Notes: a model not told the origin generated them from the sequence alone. Shown: positions 39,785 through 48,324, numbered from the whole stretch's first letter. The stretch is 62,905 nucleotides of DNA, filler included, from Nitrospinae bacterium RIFCSPLOWO2_12_FULL_45_22 (GCA_001803565.1; 8 parts of 8 records of this genome joined end to end with filler, not necessarily neighbours in it); one strand, 5' to 3'. Program-made: numbers and translations.

Positions 39785-40044
39785 TAACCCTTTACCTCAA
39801 TATCAGGATAAGATTGATTGAATAATTCTTCCCCAATAGCGATCCGAAGAGTTGCCAAACGTATCATTTTGTCATCGTAGTCAGGGTGCCTCTGTCGAAC
39901 CCCAGACTCAATAATTGCACGAAGTCCATCACTAAGTTCAATAGCCATGCTGGCTCGACCTGTAATGCCTATTTTACGAAGAATAGAGAATCGTATACGA
40001 GCAGCCTCTAGGGTTGTATCTCCTGAGACTATGCTTAAATCCAT
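39784..40044 (-). CDS. Small putative antitoxin (Rv0078B/MenA-like)
   Basis: DTTLEAA...GVRQRHPDY; TAATG-coupled to the nucleotidyltransferase. Confidence 0.65.
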   Translation of the reverse strand: MDLSIVSGDTTLEAARIRFSILRKIGITGRASMAIELSDGLRAIIESGVRQRHPDYDDKMIRLATLRIAIGEELFNQSYPDIEVKG

Positions 40045-40085
40045 TGTTTTCCTCTATAATATCTACTTACACATTTTGTGATGGC

Positions 40086-40177
40086 AGATAACGTTCCCAG
40101 CATTAAGGAAGTCCTGAGCCTTAGCGAAGGATTTGGGTGAGTGCCATCAGGCACGAACCTTTTATGCTGTGTTAGGA
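40086..40177 (-). mobile_element. attC-like site
   Basis: Minus: TCCTAAC A CAGCATAAAAGG...CCTTAATGCTG GGAAC GTTATCT; arms pair with one extra base. Confidence 0.55.
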
Positions 40178-40427
40178 GACCGTTTTGCTTGGTATCCTCT
40201 ATATAAATCTTATTATACGTAATTCCCGACGAATCTCAATTGCATAACTCAACTACTGCATCATCATCCTATTTTAGGATAGATTCTGTAACAAGGATTT
40301 TATGGGAAATTGAGAGAAATTCAGAAAAATGCTTATGATAATAAGCGTCAGTAGATGTATAATCTAACATTCCATCTTGTCCCTCTTTTTTGAATTGCTT
40401 CTCTAATATGCGAAAAGCTAATGCTTC

Positions 40428-40527
40428 NNNNNNNNNNNNNNNNNNNNNNNNNNNNNNNNNNNNNNNNNNNNTTAATTAATTAANNNNNNNNNNNNNNNNN
40501 NNNNNNNNNNNNNNNNNNNNNNNNNNN
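40428..40527. other. Artificial contig linker
   Basis: N44-TTAATTAATTAA-N44. Confidence 0.98.
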
Positions 40528-40607
40528 TGAACCGAGGCTATACTGCCTTGCGAGGGGTTGTTTGTACCCTAGACAATAAAGTTAGCAAGTGGTATATTAT
40601 GCCATTA

Positions 40608-40898
40608 ATGAAGAGAGCTAAACTGGTACGGTATATTAAGGTTAAAGAAGACAATGGCAGTATCATGGAGGCTAAGATGTGGCAGGTAGAGCCTTCTCCC
40701 GATAAACCTCATGGCTATAAATATTCTCTGGTCTATATTGTAAAAGGCAAACGGGTTATCGGCTATGACAATAGTGAGGGTAAAGGAGACCATAGACATT
40801 ACGGGGATAAGATAGAGGCATATCAGTTTAAGGATTTGAGGGGCCTTACAGAAGACTTTTACCAGGACATAGAAAGATACAAGGAGGGTAAGCTATGA
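40608..40898 (+). CDS. DUF6516/TumE-like toxin
   Basis: KPHGYKYSLVY...IGYDNSEGKGDHRH; promoter TAGACA(40570)-17-TATATT just upstream. Confidence 0.8.
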   Translation: MKRAKLVRYIKVKEDNGSIMEAKMWQVEPSPDKPHGYKYSLVYIVKGKRVIGYDNSEGKGDHRHYGDKIEAYQFKDLRGLTEDFYQDIERYKEGKL

Positions 40899-41269
40899 GG
40901 GTAAAAAGGGTCAAGATAGGGATAAAAAGCGTAAAGGATGTTTTAGAGGATTTTGTAACGACAGGTGAGGCGATAGAGCGGGGGGAACGGGTAAAGAAAG
41001 AAAAGGGAGTTTACTTTGATAGTATAGAGGGGTTTAGAAAAGCCCTTACTCCAAAGAGGCTAGCGCTACTGACCCTGATTAAAGAGAAACATCCTATGAG
41101 TCTTCAAGAACTAGCAAGACTGGCTGGCAGGGATATGAAAAGCATAGTAACGGATATTGAGATACTGGAAGGTCTTGACCTGGTTGTTATGAATCGAAAG
41201 AAGAAAGGGCGGAGAGAATCTATCCCAACGGTTGAATATGATAGGATAGAGATGGAAATAGCGGTTTAG
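40895..41269 (+). CDS. HTH antitoxin / regulator
   Basis: KALTPKRLALL...SLQELARLAGRDMKSIVTDI...PTVEYD; ATGA-coupled. Confidence 0.8.
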   Translation: MRVKRVKIGIKSVKDVLEDFVTTGEAIERGERVKKEKGVYFDSIEGFRKALTPKRLALLTLIKEKHPMSLQELARLAGRDMKSIVTDIEILEGLDLVVMNRKKKGRRESIPTVEYDRIEMEIAV

Positions 41270-41276
41270 GCAAGAG

Positions 41277-41341
41277 TGGGAGGCCCCTAGGGTCGCCACC
41301 GAAGAGCGGGCAATCTCCACCCGCGTGGGGCCTCAATCCCA
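41277..41341 (+). ncRNA. Candidate structured RNA leader
   Basis: GAGGCCCC/GGGGCCTC outer stem and GCGGG/CCCGC inner stem in an otherwise AT-rich element. Confidence 0.35.
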
Positions 41342-41364
41342 GGATGGTAGTATGAGGAGACAGT

Positions 41365-42840
41365 ATGATAGACTTTATCGAAATAAAACGCTACTTCCCT
41401 GTAGAAAGGGAGTATGAAGCTTTTGAAGAAGTAAAAGGGTTTTTCATAGAGGAGTGGAAAAATGCTGTGGATTTATTTAACATCTGGTCATTAATTAATA
41501 ATTTGATAGTACAGGATTTAAAAGACCAGGAGATCAAATTAACTCCGTTAAATGTGGAATCGAGGGATAAAGAACTTGTCGAATTAATCAGTAAAAGTTT
41601 CTCTGAGTTAATCTATTTGGAGCCGGTGCTATTCCGAGTTTACCTTCATAACTCTACCCCTCCCAAAGACTCTCTTCTTAGAAAGTGGTTGTGGGATAAT
41701 TATCTACCAGAAAAGGTTTTGACCAGGTATTGCGAAGTCCTTCCTGGTATCTTTGACTTACTAAAAGGTAGTGAGTTAGCAAAAAACATCATCCTGGTCG
41801 ATGGTGAACCCGCCGAGAGTATACCCCTCAGATTTTTTGTGGTAGGTCAAATACTTGGTAATCTCCTTTTGGAGTTTAAGCATTACAACCTAATAGACCT
41901 GGTTAAAGGAGCGGGGGCAAAAGAAGAAATCGCAGAATTAAGGAAAAACAGGATTTACAAATCCGATGAGGGGAAGGTCTATGATTATTCCCCCTTATTC
42001 AAAAAGATACATGGTAAAGATAAGCTAATATTGGAAGTATTCACGGAAGAAGATTTTTTGAATCTAGCTGAAGGCGGGCAATCCCAAGCGCAAGCGGCTG
42101 ATGATATCCTCTGCCAGTTCATTCAAAACACCCGGGGTGATGCTAGGGCGGACGAATTATTTGGGCAAGATGATACCTTGAGATATAAACATATTGTCCG
42201 TTACGGGTCGCAAGAAAGAGAGATCCCGATGCAACTATTGCCCAAATACAAAAACCGCATAAAAAAGAAAGTGAGAAGACTAGCATTTACCGATTTGAAA
42301 ACGAAAGACGGTGATAATGGGCCTTATATACGGTATAAGGAAGAGGAAATTTCCGCAGGAATAGAAGGGCTTTATCTTGGTGCTTTAAGCTGGGACAAAG
42401 ATAAAGGGCCAGCTACCCCCCATCTTGTTAAGGCCATTGAATACCATTTGGGGCATACCTTTGAAGAGTTCTCAACCAAAAGCCTGGCCAAAGAAAGATG
42501 TGAAAAAGAAAGTTATGAATATGGAACAGATAAATTCTTTCAGGAGAGGATACTTAAGGAGAAGTTTGAATCATCCGGCGGCAATCTTGATGAACCGATA
42601 AATAACGATACCGAGGATAGTGAAACCTTTAAAGACACCATTCCAGAGAAAGACATCCGTAGCCCGGAAGAAGTGTTATTACAAAAGGAAAAAGATACTG
42701 AATTAGACAAATTTTTTACACAATATCCGGAGATGATAAGCATTATCGAGAAGGAACAAAAGGGAGAGCCCCTATCGCCAAGAGAGCGAAAAATTAAAGA
42801 AAGAAGTTTGAAGAAATACCGCAAGAAAGATAAAGATTAA
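41365..42840 (+). CDS. Hypothetical protein with a divergent sigma70-like C-terminal half
   Basis: Region 2-like EEEISAGIEGLYLGALSWDKDKG; region 3.2-like NLDEPINNDTEDSETFKDTIPEKDIRSPEE; truncated region 4-like LSPRERKIKERSLKK. Confidence 0.6.
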   Translation: MIDFIEIKRYFPVEREYEAFEEVKGFFIEEWKNAVDLFNIWSLINNLIVQDLKDQEIKLTPLNVESRDKELVELISKSFSELIYLEPVLFRVYLHNSTPPKDSLLRKWLWDNYLPEKVLTRYCEVLPGIFDLLKGSELAKNIILVDGEPAESIPLRFFVVGQILGNLLLEFKHYNLIDLVKGAGAKEEIAELRKNRIYKSDEGKVYDYSPLFKKIHGKDKLILEVFTEEDFLNLAEGGQSQAQAADDILCQFIQNTRGDARADELFGQDDTLRYKHIVRYGSQEREIPMQLLPKYKNRIKKKVRRLAFTDLKTKDGDNGPYIRYKEEEISAGIEGLYLGALSWDKDKGPATPHLVKAIEYHLGHTFEEFSTKSLAKERCEKESYEYGTDKFFQERILKEKFESSGGNLDEPINNDTEDSETFKDTIPEKDIRSPEEVLLQKEKDTELDKFFTQYPEMISIIEKEQKGEPLSPRERKIKERSLKKYRKKDKD

Positions 42841-42948
42841 TCATCCCCTAATTTTTCGCCCCCCTGTCACAAATTACCTCTCATTTCGTACTTCTATACC
42901 TAGGAGACTTTAACACCTAGTATAAAACAGTATGAAAAGGGAGGCACC

Positions 42949-43215
42949 ATGATATCCCACTCCAAAAAGGACAACACCTATCAAACCGCTGATCTCGGGA
43001 TTGCCGTCTACCTTTTTACACATGACCACCAGTTGGTCGAGACCACACTCCTAAGCCCAAAGCGGCTTATCTTCCATTTCAAAAAGCAAAAAAATACTGA
43101 GACCCTTGTTGGGTTATATCTGAACGGGACAGGACAAGCCCCTGCGAAACGGCTTTTTGACAATTACCGAGCCCTGCGGGCTTTAGCTTTCCAAGGGACA
43201 GGCAATCTGAGATAA
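42949..43215 (+). CDS. DUF5659-like small DNA-binding protein
   Basis: YQTADLGIAVYL...RLIFHF...FDNYRALR; directly upstream of the primase. Confidence 0.65.
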   Translation: MISHSKKDNTYQTADLGIAVYLFTHDHQLVETTLLSPKRLIFHFKKQKNTETLVGLYLNGTGQAPAKRLFDNYRALRALAFQGTGNLR

Positions 43216-43229
43216 AGGGGGATGCAAGT

Positions 43230-44924
43230 ATGAAAGAGATTAAACCGACATTGAGCCCAGAGCATTTGGCCGATCTGCACAAGAGCGGATTGCTTGATGA
43301 AACGATTGAGCAGGCGGGCCTTTACAGCGTTTGCCCCAGCGAGATTCAGCGGGTACTCGGCTTTGATTCCCCTGAGCTTGAATCCCTTCTTGCCTTTCCC
43401 TATCCCGGCTGTAATGGCTTTACACGATTTAAGTTGTTCCCATCTTTGGAAACGAAAGGTGGGGGCACGATGCGATATTTTCAGGAAAAAGGGTCTGGGC
43501 TTCATATTTATTTTCCCCCTGGGTTTGACCATAGCGCTGAGGTTATCAGGATCTCGGAAGGAGAGAAGAAGTCGTTGGAAGGGACCCAGGAGGGTCTTAA
43601 TGTCTGTGGCTTGGGTGGAATCTGGAACTTTGCCCTAAGAGATAATAATGGGAATCCCCAATTAATAGAGGATTTCCAGCGCTTAGATTTTAGGAGCGTG
43701 AGGAGTATTGAAATTATTCCAGACGGAGACTTTAAGCAGAAAGAGGGGGTTCGGCATGCAGTCTATAGGCTGGCTTATCTGTTAGGAGGGGAGTTCTACA
43801 ATAAGAAAGGATATGAGTCTCTCTCGGAAGCTGTTGATTGCATACGGGTGGTAGAACTGCCTCTCTATTTTAAGCTGGATGATTTTCTTTGTGAATACGG
43901 GGTTCGGGCATTTGAAGGGCTACCCAGGATTACCGTTGCAGACCGGATTTTTGACGACATCAGGGAAAAAGAGCGGAAGGAGGTAACTCGCATTGACTTA
44001 CAGGATTCCCTCATTGGCTTGAAAACCTTACTGACCATGGATATTCCTGGACGACCCCGGTTATTCCTTTGGCTGCCCCAAGGTGGTCTTGCGATGGTTT
44101 ATGGCCCAAGGGGTATAGGGAAGACATACTTCTCCCTTTCTCTGGCCGTGTCTCTTGCTACTGGCAAGTCCTTTTTGCGGTGGGCTGCTCCACCAGAGAC
44201 GGGGGTTCTTTTAGTTGATGGAGAGATGCTGATATCGGACTTGAGAGAGCGGCTCGTAAACCTACTACCGCATGAACCCGCAAAGCCAATTAGCCTCTTA
44301 TCCGGGGAACAGGTATTTATGAAGATTGACCGGGACTTAAACTTAGCGGATCTGGAATTTCAGGCAGCCGTTATAGGATTATTGGAGGCTAATCCAGAGC
44401 TTCGAGTTGTGGTCGTTGACAATATTTCATGTCTCTTCATGGGGTTAAAGGAATCTGATAAGAACGATTGGGAGAAGGTTATACCCTGGCTCCTAACACT
44501 TCGGCGACGGGGAATTAGCGTTGTATTGATACACCATTCCGGAAAGAGCGGCGACCAACGTGGCACCAGTGGCCGGGAAGATATGCTTGATAGCGTCATC
44601 CGGCTTGAATCAGTCCCGGGCAATCAAAATGAGGGCGCACGGTTTATTGTCAGATTTACAAAATGTAGGGGAGCCTATGGCAAGGACATTGAGCCTTTTG
44701 AAACAGTGTTAGACCTTAACAATCCCGAAGCTTGGACCTGGAAACCGCTTGAGGAGTCGAATTTTGAGCGGATGATTGAGTTGGCAAAAGATGGGGTTGA
44801 CACTGTGAATGATATGGCTAACGAATTGGGGATTTCAAAAGGAATGGTAAGTAGATTAAAAAAGCAAGGAGTTAAGAAAGGAATGTTGAAAGATGGCCGG
44901 AAAATCATCCCAATTGAAGGCTAA
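43230..44924 (+). CDS. Primase-helicase fusion (DUF3854/TOPRIM + AAA_25 RecA-like helicase + C-terminal HTH)
   Basis: ISEGEKK, IIPDGD; YGPRGIGKT, VVVDN, IHHSGKSGDQRGTS. Confidence 0.88.
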   Translation: MKEIKPTLSPEHLADLHKSGLLDETIEQAGLYSVCPSEIQRVLGFDSPELESLLAFPYPGCNGFTRFKLFPSLETKGGGTMRYFQEKGSGLHIYFPPGFDHSAEVIRISEGEKKSLEGTQEGLNVCGLGGIWNFALRDNNGNPQLIEDFQRLDFRSVRSIEIIPDGDFKQKEGVRHAVYRLAYLLGGEFYNKKGYESLSEAVDCIRVVELPLYFKLDDFLCEYGVRAFEGLPRITVADRIFDDIREKERKEVTRIDLQDSLIGLKTLLTMDIPGRPRLFLWLPQGGLAMVYGPRGIGKTYFSLSLAVSLATGKSFLRWAAPPETGVLLVDGEMLISDLRERLVNLLPHEPAKPISLLSGEQVFMKIDRDLNLADLEFQAAVIGLLEANPELRVVVVDNISCLFMGLKESDKNDWEKVIPWLLTLRRRGISVVLIHHSGKSGDQRGTSGREDMLDSVIRLESVPGNQNEGARFIVRFTKCRGAYGKDIEPFETVLDLNNPEAWTWKPLEESNFERMIELAKDGVDTVNDMANELGISKGMVSRLKKQGVKKGMLKDGRKIIPIEG

Positions 44925-45145
44925 AAGTTTATCAAAGTTTACCGAAAGTTTACTGGTAAACTCGAAAAGTTTACCAAATTGGATAGGTAAACTTTACCCT
45001 TTTATTTTAGTAAACTTTTTGCTGAGATGCTTTGCTGATGCCAATAAAAAAGTTTACCAGAGGGGTAAACAAACAAAAAGTTTACAAGGGTAGTAAACTT
45101 TTTGTTTACCGAAAGTTTACTGGTAACGATTAGCTAGTAAACTTT
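44924..45145. repeat. Iteron array / replication origin
   Basis: About 14 copies of AAAGTTTAC/GTAAACTTT-type units in both orientations, directly after the helicase stop. Confidence 0.85.
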
Positions 45146-45160
45146 ATCAGGATAAAGAAA

Positions 45161-45700
45161 ATGGCTAAATGTGGCAATTGTAATGCAGTCATCAATCCAA
45201 GATGGGAAAGTTGCCTAGTATGTGATTCCCCAGTAAATGCCACTATTACGGTAGAGCCTGAAAAGGAGCAGAAGGCAGAGAAATTAGACAGGGAGCTAGA
45301 ACAAGATGCTATCCCTATCAAGGATAAAGGAGAACAGATAATATCCCTCCATACTAAGATAGACCAGATGTTACCCCTATCTCCTGAAGCTGATTGCTTT
45401 GACCCGGATGGCGCTTTAGTCAGTTTGCTAGCCTGGGCTAGAAAGAATGGCAAGAGCGATGCTGAAGTAGCTAAAGCCATAGATACGGTTATTTCCTCTG
45501 GGACCTTAAAAGCACCCTGGGGTGTCCAGATCAAAAATAGCCCCGTCCTGGGCGATTACTGGGTTGTAAACAATGATGAAGCCAAGAAGCTTATACCGGG
45601 GGATGAAGTTGTCTTTACCCAGCAAGATATTCGGCTCCTGGCTGATATTAGGGAGATATTTGGGGCCAGGGTAGTGGAGGTTAAAAAGCATGAACAATAG
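45161..45700 (+). CDS. Zn-ribbon hypothetical protein
   Basis: CGNC...CLVC N-terminus; C-terminal SPVLGDYWVV...REIFGARV. Confidence 0.7.
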   Translation: MAKCGNCNAVINPRWESCLVCDSPVNATITVEPEKEQKAEKLDRELEQDAIPIKDKGEQIISLHTKIDQMLPLSPEADCFDPDGALVSLLAWARKNGKSDAEVAKAIDTVISSGTLKAPWGVQIKNSPVLGDYWVVNNDEAKKLIPGDEVVFTQQDIRLLADIREIFGARVVEVKKHEQ

Positions 45701-45845
45701 CCCAGGCATGATCCATATCCTGATCCCTAAGGCCCTGCTTATCTTGACACGGGATGAATATATCAGGGCCATAAAGCGAGGCAAGGCATACAAGCGCAGA
45801 GAGGCCCTAGAACAGCGGATAGCAAATAATGGCACAGGAAAATAA
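45690..45845 (+). CDS. Small basic protein, 51 aa (absent from ORF track)
   Basis: GGAGG RBS; MNNSPGMIHILIPKALLILTRDEYIRAIKRGKAYKRREALEQRIANNGTGK*. Confidence 0.6.
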   Translation: MNNSPGMIHILIPKALLILTRDEYIRAIKRGKAYKRREALEQRIANNGTGK

Positions 45846-46053
45846 GCTGGTAGCTGAATTCCAGAAAAGCGATATTGAGATAGTCAGGGTATCCCTAACG
45901 CAGTATCGGAACAAGGACTATTTTGATATTCGGCTCTACTACCAGGAAGAGGGGGAATGGAGGCCCACTAAGAAAGGGCTATGCCTATCCCAGGGCTTAT
46001 TCCTTGAATTTAAGAAAGCTGTCAGGGCGCTAGAAAAGGCCCTGGCTAAGTAG
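45829..46053 (+). CDS. PC4/YdbC-family ssDNA-binding protein
   Basis: VRVSLTQYRNKDYFDIRLYY...WRPTKKGLCL. Confidence 0.85.
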   Translation: MAQENKLVAEFQKSDIEIVRVSLTQYRNKDYFDIRLYYQEEGEWRPTKKGLCLSQGLFLEFKKAVRALEKALAK

Positions 46054-46071
46054 CAAGGAGGCAAATAATAG

Positions 46072-46842
46072 ATGGATCAAGAAAAAATTTTGACCCTGTT
46101 TAGGCAAGGCAAAGGCATAAAGGCTATCGCTAGAGAATTAAACACTTATCCCAACGCTATAAAGCGGGCCCTGGTTAAAATGGGGGTCTATAATGTCCCC
46201 CTTGAGGATAGGGTGACAACAACTAGCAATCAGGTGACAAACGATAACCAGTTTAGTAAACCATCTGATAATCAAACTGCTCTGAAACAATACAAGAAAG
46301 CCTTATGCAAAAATTCCGATACTTGCTCTGTATGCGCCCTTGAACCAGATAAACTCAAGCTGCTTGAGGAGTTATATGTTGCAGGTACTCCTGGCCCAGT
46401 GCTGCATAATTACTTTAACATACCCTCTAAAGACCTTGGCGGTCATGCTTTCCAAAAAAACTGGCATAAGCAAAGGGCCGGGATTGAAAACCCCGAACGT
46501 AAACGGATTATAAGGCAAATGATAGAGGACGAAACCTGGAAAGTTGTTATGAAATCTAAGTCCGAGGGACAGGCAAAGGATAAATTAGGTGGTTTGAAGT
46601 TATTGGGTGAGATGGAAGGGTTAGGGATGGGGACTAAAGAGAAAGACCAGCAGCCGGTTAACATTGGAAGGATCATTAATCTAAGATTCAGCTTGAACGA
46701 TTTATCAGAGCAGCAGAGGGGGCGGGCGCAGGCGATGATGGATCAGATCAGGAAAAACTTGGGTTTGCCTGAGGTCGAGGCCGAGCCTGAGACTGGCTTT
46801 TTGGAGTTGATCCCAGATCAGCATTCAGAAGAGCAAGAGTAA
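46072..46842 (+). CDS. HTH + CxxC protein, possibly terminase-small-subunit-like
   Basis: N-terminal HTH GKGIKAIARELN, CSVC, helical KLGGLKLLGEMEG; late position in the element. Confidence 0.55.
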   Translation: MDQEKILTLFRQGKGIKAIARELNTYPNAIKRALVKMGVYNVPLEDRVTTTSNQVTNDNQFSKPSDNQTALKQYKKALCKNSDTCSVCALEPDKLKLLEELYVAGTPGPVLHNYFNIPSKDLGGHAFQKNWHKQRAGIENPERKRIIRQMIEDETWKVVMKSKSEGQAKDKLGGLKLLGEMEGLGMGTKEKDQQPVNIGRIINLRFSLNDLSEQQRGRAQAMMDQIRKNLGLPEVEAEPETGFLELIPDQHSEEQE

Positions 46843-47046
46843 TGGTGGACGCCATTTTTAAGGCTTTACCAGGAAGGGCTGGGGTTAAAGCGCATAAGTA
46901 AATCGGTGGGCCTGACCCCTACGGCTGTAAAGAAACGGTTAATCAAAGCAGGGGTATACCGGGTTACTTCAAAAGGTACACCTGATAGCCTAGGAGAGAT
47001 AATCAGGTTAATAGATAGAGCAATAGCCCGGATTGATGACATTTAA
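46842..47046 (+). pseudogene. Frameshifted paralogue of the upstream N-terminal HTH
   Basis: ATG GTG GAC GCC ATT TTT A then, in +1 frame, LRLYQEGLGLKRISKSVGLTPTAVKKRLIKAGVYRV. Confidence 0.65.
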
Positions 47047-47058
47047 GGTAGGGCAATT

Positions 47059-47346
47059 ATGTGTGACACTAAAACGATAGACCCTAACTATCCTATAACC
47101 TTTGAGGAACTGAGGGAGTATCTGAGAGTGAGCAAGTACACCTTACAGGATTATCTAGCAGAGGGATTAGGCAGGCAAGCGGGCTTTAAGGTAGGTAAAG
47201 AATGGCGGTTTATGCCCCTGGACGTGATCGAGTGGCTAAAGGATCGGCATAAGAGAAACTTTAAGACCTCCAAAAATATCCTCACTAAAAATGAACTCCA
47301 ATTGATAGCCTCAAGGGCCATAAAAGCCGAAATATCAAGGCATTAG
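47059..47346 (+). CDS. HTH_17 excisionase-like protein
   Basis: ITFEELREYLRVSKYTL...GFKVGKEWRF...VIEWL. Confidence 0.85.
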   Translation: MCDTKTIDPNYPITFEELREYLRVSKYTLQDYLAEGLGRQAGFKVGKEWRFMPLDVIEWLKDRHKRNFKTSKNILTKNELQLIASRAIKAEISRH

Positions 47347-47357
47347 CCCTAAAATTT

Positions 47358-47420
47358 TATGGCGTCCCTATGGCGTGAACATGTCCGAAATGACCCCAAA
47401 ATGACCCCAAAATAAGGCCA
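47358..47420. repeat. 11-bp-period direct repeats, candidate integrase arm sites
   Basis: TATGGCGTCCC TATGGCGTGAA; AAATGACCCCA AAATGACCCCA AAATAAGGCCA. Confidence 0.55.
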
Positions 47421-47448
47421 ATGATACTTTTCACTGTCCTGAAAACCC

Positions 47449-47548
47449 NNNNNNNNNNNNNNNNNNNNNNNNNNNNNNNNNNNNNNNNNNNNTTAATTAA
47501 TTAANNNNNNNNNNNNNNNNNNNNNNNNNNNNNNNNNNNNNNNNNNNN
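47449..47548. other. Artificial contig linker
   Basis: N44-TTAATTAATTAA-N44. Confidence 0.98.
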
Positions 47549-47568
47549 TTGTGCGCAAATGGCCATTG

Positions 47569-48306
47569 TTATAAGGGGGGGGGTAATTGTTTAAGTTCCT
47601 CAGCATAACTTCTGCCATATATATCAAGGAAAATATCATATCCAAGAAAATCAAAATGAGCTCTCAACTCATCACGATTAATGAAAGTACAATGTATATC
47701 ACCAGCGTAGCTGCCTTTAAGCGGTCCATATGACATCGTAACAGATTGGATGGTGGTAAAAGTCGGCATCGGTCCAGTCAACAAACGCAATAACACAAAG
47801 AATTCCGGATCGCAGCCGGTTAATCGCTCGACAAGTTGTTTCCAATTACGTGAGTATTGCAAGGTACTGCTGGACATAACAATATCGTAAGTTGGCTGCG
47901 GTAGTTGAAAATCAAGATCATCATCAGGATTTGCAGCAATAAAATACAAACTCGAATCACCAAGGAACAATTTCCTGCCAAGTTCACAGTTGGAAGGCGT
48001 ATCAACAATATGATATATTTGATTATTTAAAGGGATTTTTCCTACAACACTGGCATAGTTCGTTGCAGGGCCTCCACCAAAATCAAGTACACTAACATAA
48101 TCCTTGCTGTATGATTCATAAGCTAAAATTGCCAGAAACTCTCTTTCATACCACTCACAGGGATGATCTGGATTATGCATATTATTTTTTATATTGACCG
48201 TCGCACTCTTTACGGTTTCAATCCATATCGACTCGTCAAATAAATTCACAGACGTGTCCAGATACGGTCTTGCGGCATCACAATTTCCAAATACACCGGT
48301 AAACAC
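47569..48306 (-). CDS. SAM-dependent methyltransferase (TIGR04325-like), ending at a C9 tract
   Basis: SVLDFGGG, SSSTLQY. Confidence 0.75.
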   Translation of the reverse strand: MFTGVFGNCDAARPYLDTSVNLFDESIWIETVKSATVNIKNNMHNPDHPCEWYEREFLAILAYESYSKDYVSVLDFGGGPATNYASVVGKIPLNNQIYHIVDTPSNCELGRKLFLGDSSLYFIAANPDDDLDFQLPQPTYDIVMSSSTLQYSRNWKQLVERLTGCDPEFFVLLRLLTGPMPTFTTIQSVTMSYGPLKGSYAGDIHCTFINRDELRAHFDFLGYDIFLDIYGRSYAEELKQLPPPL

Positions 48307-48324
48307 TTTTTTGCAATTCCTCTT

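Larger units (their letters stand above)
40528..47448 (+). mobile_element. Phage-satellite/PICI-like integrative element (integrase not on this contig)
   Basis: Co-oriented primase-helicase, iteron origin, PC4-like SSB, HTH proteins, excisionase-like gene, TA cargo and terminal direct repeats; no capsid or tail genes. Confidence 0.75.

Noticed and set aside
44893-45145. CRISPR array or 66-aa ORF in the repeat region
   Set aside because: Units are about 9 bp, in both orientations, without unique spacers or cas genes; an iteron origin fits better.
47360-47368. TGGCGTCCC match to the tRNA-Glu 3' end as an att site
   Set aside because: Only 9 bp, it does not extend into the T-arm, and it is part of a local direct repeat.
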